DNA of 64,000 bases, taken from contig OZ001293.3 in the NCBI GenBank assembly GCA_963921275.4, positions 1,824,001 to 1,888,000 on the forward strand, written 5' to 3'. The stretch is from an uncultured Hormoscilla sp. (GTDB taxonomy: Bacteria; Cyanobacteriota; Cyanobacteriia; Cyanobacteriales; Desertifilaceae). Within the stretch, counting starts at the first letter, position 1. The number at the start of each line of letters is the position of its first letter. A program made the translations under genes and the position numbers. Shown here piece by piece: positions 62,348 through 64,000 of this stretch. The notes beneath the pieces were generated by a model that was not told where the DNA came from, did not search any database, and saw only the letters and a program-made list of their open reading frames with translations.

Positions 62348-62511
62348 TGTCCGGAGCGAGGGGGAGATCGGAATCTGTAACTGTGGTATACTTCAACTTT
62401 TGACCCCCCCCGAGAAGCATACAAGAGGCTCAGGGCGAGGAGATTGCTTCGGGGGGTGTTAACTCTTAACTTACAAGGAGCTCGTTATTGAGCTGCCCCC
62501 TCGCAATGACA
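62348..62511. repeat. RPE-like palindromic element
   Basis: TGTCCGGAGCGAGGGGG...GAGATTGCTTCGGGGGG...CCCCCTCGCAATGACA. Confidence 0.75.
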
Positions 62512-62613
62512 TATTGGCTGCAATGGGTAAGCGTAGTTCCTTAAAATTCGTGGTATATCTTGAAAATAGATTAAGCTGGAAATATGCCATGCTGTAGTGC
62601 CAGAGGTAGATTA

Positions 62614-63204
62614 ATGAGCAATTCCGGAACTAAGGCGATCGCCAGCGAGCTGAAAACCCAAGCTACGATCCTGGGAGGCTTAGTCGCCATTTTGTGGATT
62701 GTAGAAATTATCGACCAGATTTTCTTCTCCAAGGGGATGGGACTGGCTGTTTACGGGATTCTACCCCGTAACCCGATGGGACTGCGGGGAATTCTGTTTG
62801 GGCCTTTCCTCCACGGAAATTTTCCTCACCTAATTGCTAATACTATCCCTTTCCTGACACTGGGCTGGTTTATTATGCTGCAAGAAACTAGCGATTTTTT
62901 GATCGTTACAGTCATAACAGCGATCGTGAGTGGGTTGGGAGTCTGGCTGTTTGGTTCCCCTGGCTTTCACATTGGTGCCAGTGGGGTGATCTTCGGTTAT
63001 CTGGGTTTTCTGCTGCTACGGGGCTATTTTGAACGCAGCTTTGCCGCGATCTTTTTCTCGGTAGTTGTGGCTTTCTTCTATGGTAGTCTGATTGCTGGCG
63101 TCTTGCCAGGACAGGTGGGAATATCCTGGGAAGGTCATCTGTTTGGCTTTATCGGTGGGGTGCTGGCGGCAAAACTCATGGCCCGCCGCCAAAAATACCG
63201 TTAG
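62614..63204 (+). CDS. Rhomboid family intramembrane serine protease
   Basis: FLHGNFPHLIAN, GASG and WEGHLFG motifs; multiple transmembrane segments. Confidence 0.93.
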   Translation: MSNSGTKAIASELKTQATILGGLVAILWIVEIIDQIFFSKGMGLAVYGILPRNPMGLRGILFGPFLHGNFPHLIANTIPFLTLGWFIMLQETSDFLIVTVITAIVSGLGVWLFGSPGFHIGASGVIFGYLGFLLLRGYFERSFAAIFFSVVVAFFYGSLIAGVLPGQVGISWEGHLFGFIGGVLAAKLMARRQKYR

Positions 63205-63218
63205 CTAATTGGATAGCG

Positions 63219-63467
63219 ATGCCTAAAAAACAGAAGTTTCCTCACCTAGTTGGTTCTAAATGGACTGCTCGGCAAACAACCTGGGGTTGGCGACATTTTC
63301 AGGTGGTTAATCGCAAGAATGAAGGGAAATGGGTGTTCGCAGAAATAGTGGCATCCTGCGACCCCTCTGTCCGTTTCTGGTTGAATGCTCAACAGCTTAA
63401 GGATCGATCGCTCTGGCAACCGGGTTGGCAAACTTTACAGGAAATACAAGAGGAAAGCAATTGTTAG
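63219..63467 (+). CDS. Trp-rich conserved protein (TIGR02450-like)
   Basis: LVGSKWTA...WRHFQV...LKDRSLWQPGW. Confidence 0.85.
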   Translation: MPKKQKFPHLVGSKWTARQTTWGWRHFQVVNRKNEGKWVFAEIVASCDPSVRFWLNAQQLKDRSLWQPGWQTLQEIQEESNC

Positions 63468-63544
63468 GCGATCGCCCCGTTCGTAGTAAGCACTAAAGTG
63501 CTTCCCAGGCGCGAAAGCGCCCTAGAGATTAGCTTGACCGGCTG

Positions 63545-63971
63545 TTAAATGAAAACCCGTTGGGTTCCCCAATGCGTCACAGGTCGCGTGAATTTTGGTA
63601 CTCAAACCCCCTTTACGGCGTCCGATGGCTTGGTCGCAATCTTTTTTTTGAGCACCTGCACTATGTTGATGAGCCCTTTATATCGTGGCATCAATCATCG
63701 CATATTCGTTATCGGCATCGGACGCAAGTACCTTGAATACTCTTTCCCATACCCCGGATTTTGACCACCTACTATGGCGCGTATGAATTACCCTCAAGTC
63801 CCCAAATCGCTCGGGTAAGTCCCGCCAAGATATCCCAGCTCTATATTGATACAAGACAGCATAGACAAATAAGCGGTTATCCTTAGCTGTCCCCCCCACA
63901 TAACCCTCCCGACCTGGCAATAGGTCCCTGATTCTCTCCCACTGGTCATCTCTTAAAGCATAGCGACGCAT
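63545..63971 (-). mobile_element. IS5-family transposase N-terminal remnant
   Basis: [27 protein letters not shown]; paralog of the 19009 element. Confidence 0.9.
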
Positions 63972-64000
63972 TTCTCAAATTCTCCTGCTCTAACCTTTAC

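Noticed and set aside
62377..62392. NtcA box
   Set aside because: The spacing is GTA-N9-TAC rather than N8, and the site lies inside a dispersed repeat.

Overview
This is a chromosomal window from a filamentous cyanobacterium, inferred from the dense HIP1 octamer GCGATCGC and cyanobacterial hfq, sigG, flv1/flv3, DUF29 and Uma2 genes. Housekeeping genes (leuS, dapF, thiE, thiS, aroC, cutA, flv1, flv3, mrdA, a radical SAM enzyme, a rhomboid protease) sit among heavy mobile-DNA debris: IS1, IS4, IS5, IS110, IS630, IS1182, ISL3, a RAYT and several MITEs with target duplications. Many genes are disrupted. The most notable observations are: (1) a family of ORF-less group II introns (three full length, one 3' fragment) whose EBS1 loops differ and each match their own 5' exon; (2) tiny palindromic elements that insert into one another up to 3-4 layers deep, with filled and empty versions visible in the window, once in frame inside a gene; (3) a LeuRS with a ~105-aa non-hydrophobic insertion and a (DDEDL)n tail; (4) two tandem giant SBBP beta-propeller surface-protein genes preceded by a 17-bp inverted repeat, RPE-like palindromes and a 21-nt tandem array. 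I found no CRISPR array, rRNA, tRNA or reverse transcriptase. All calls come from reading the sequence; no searches were run.
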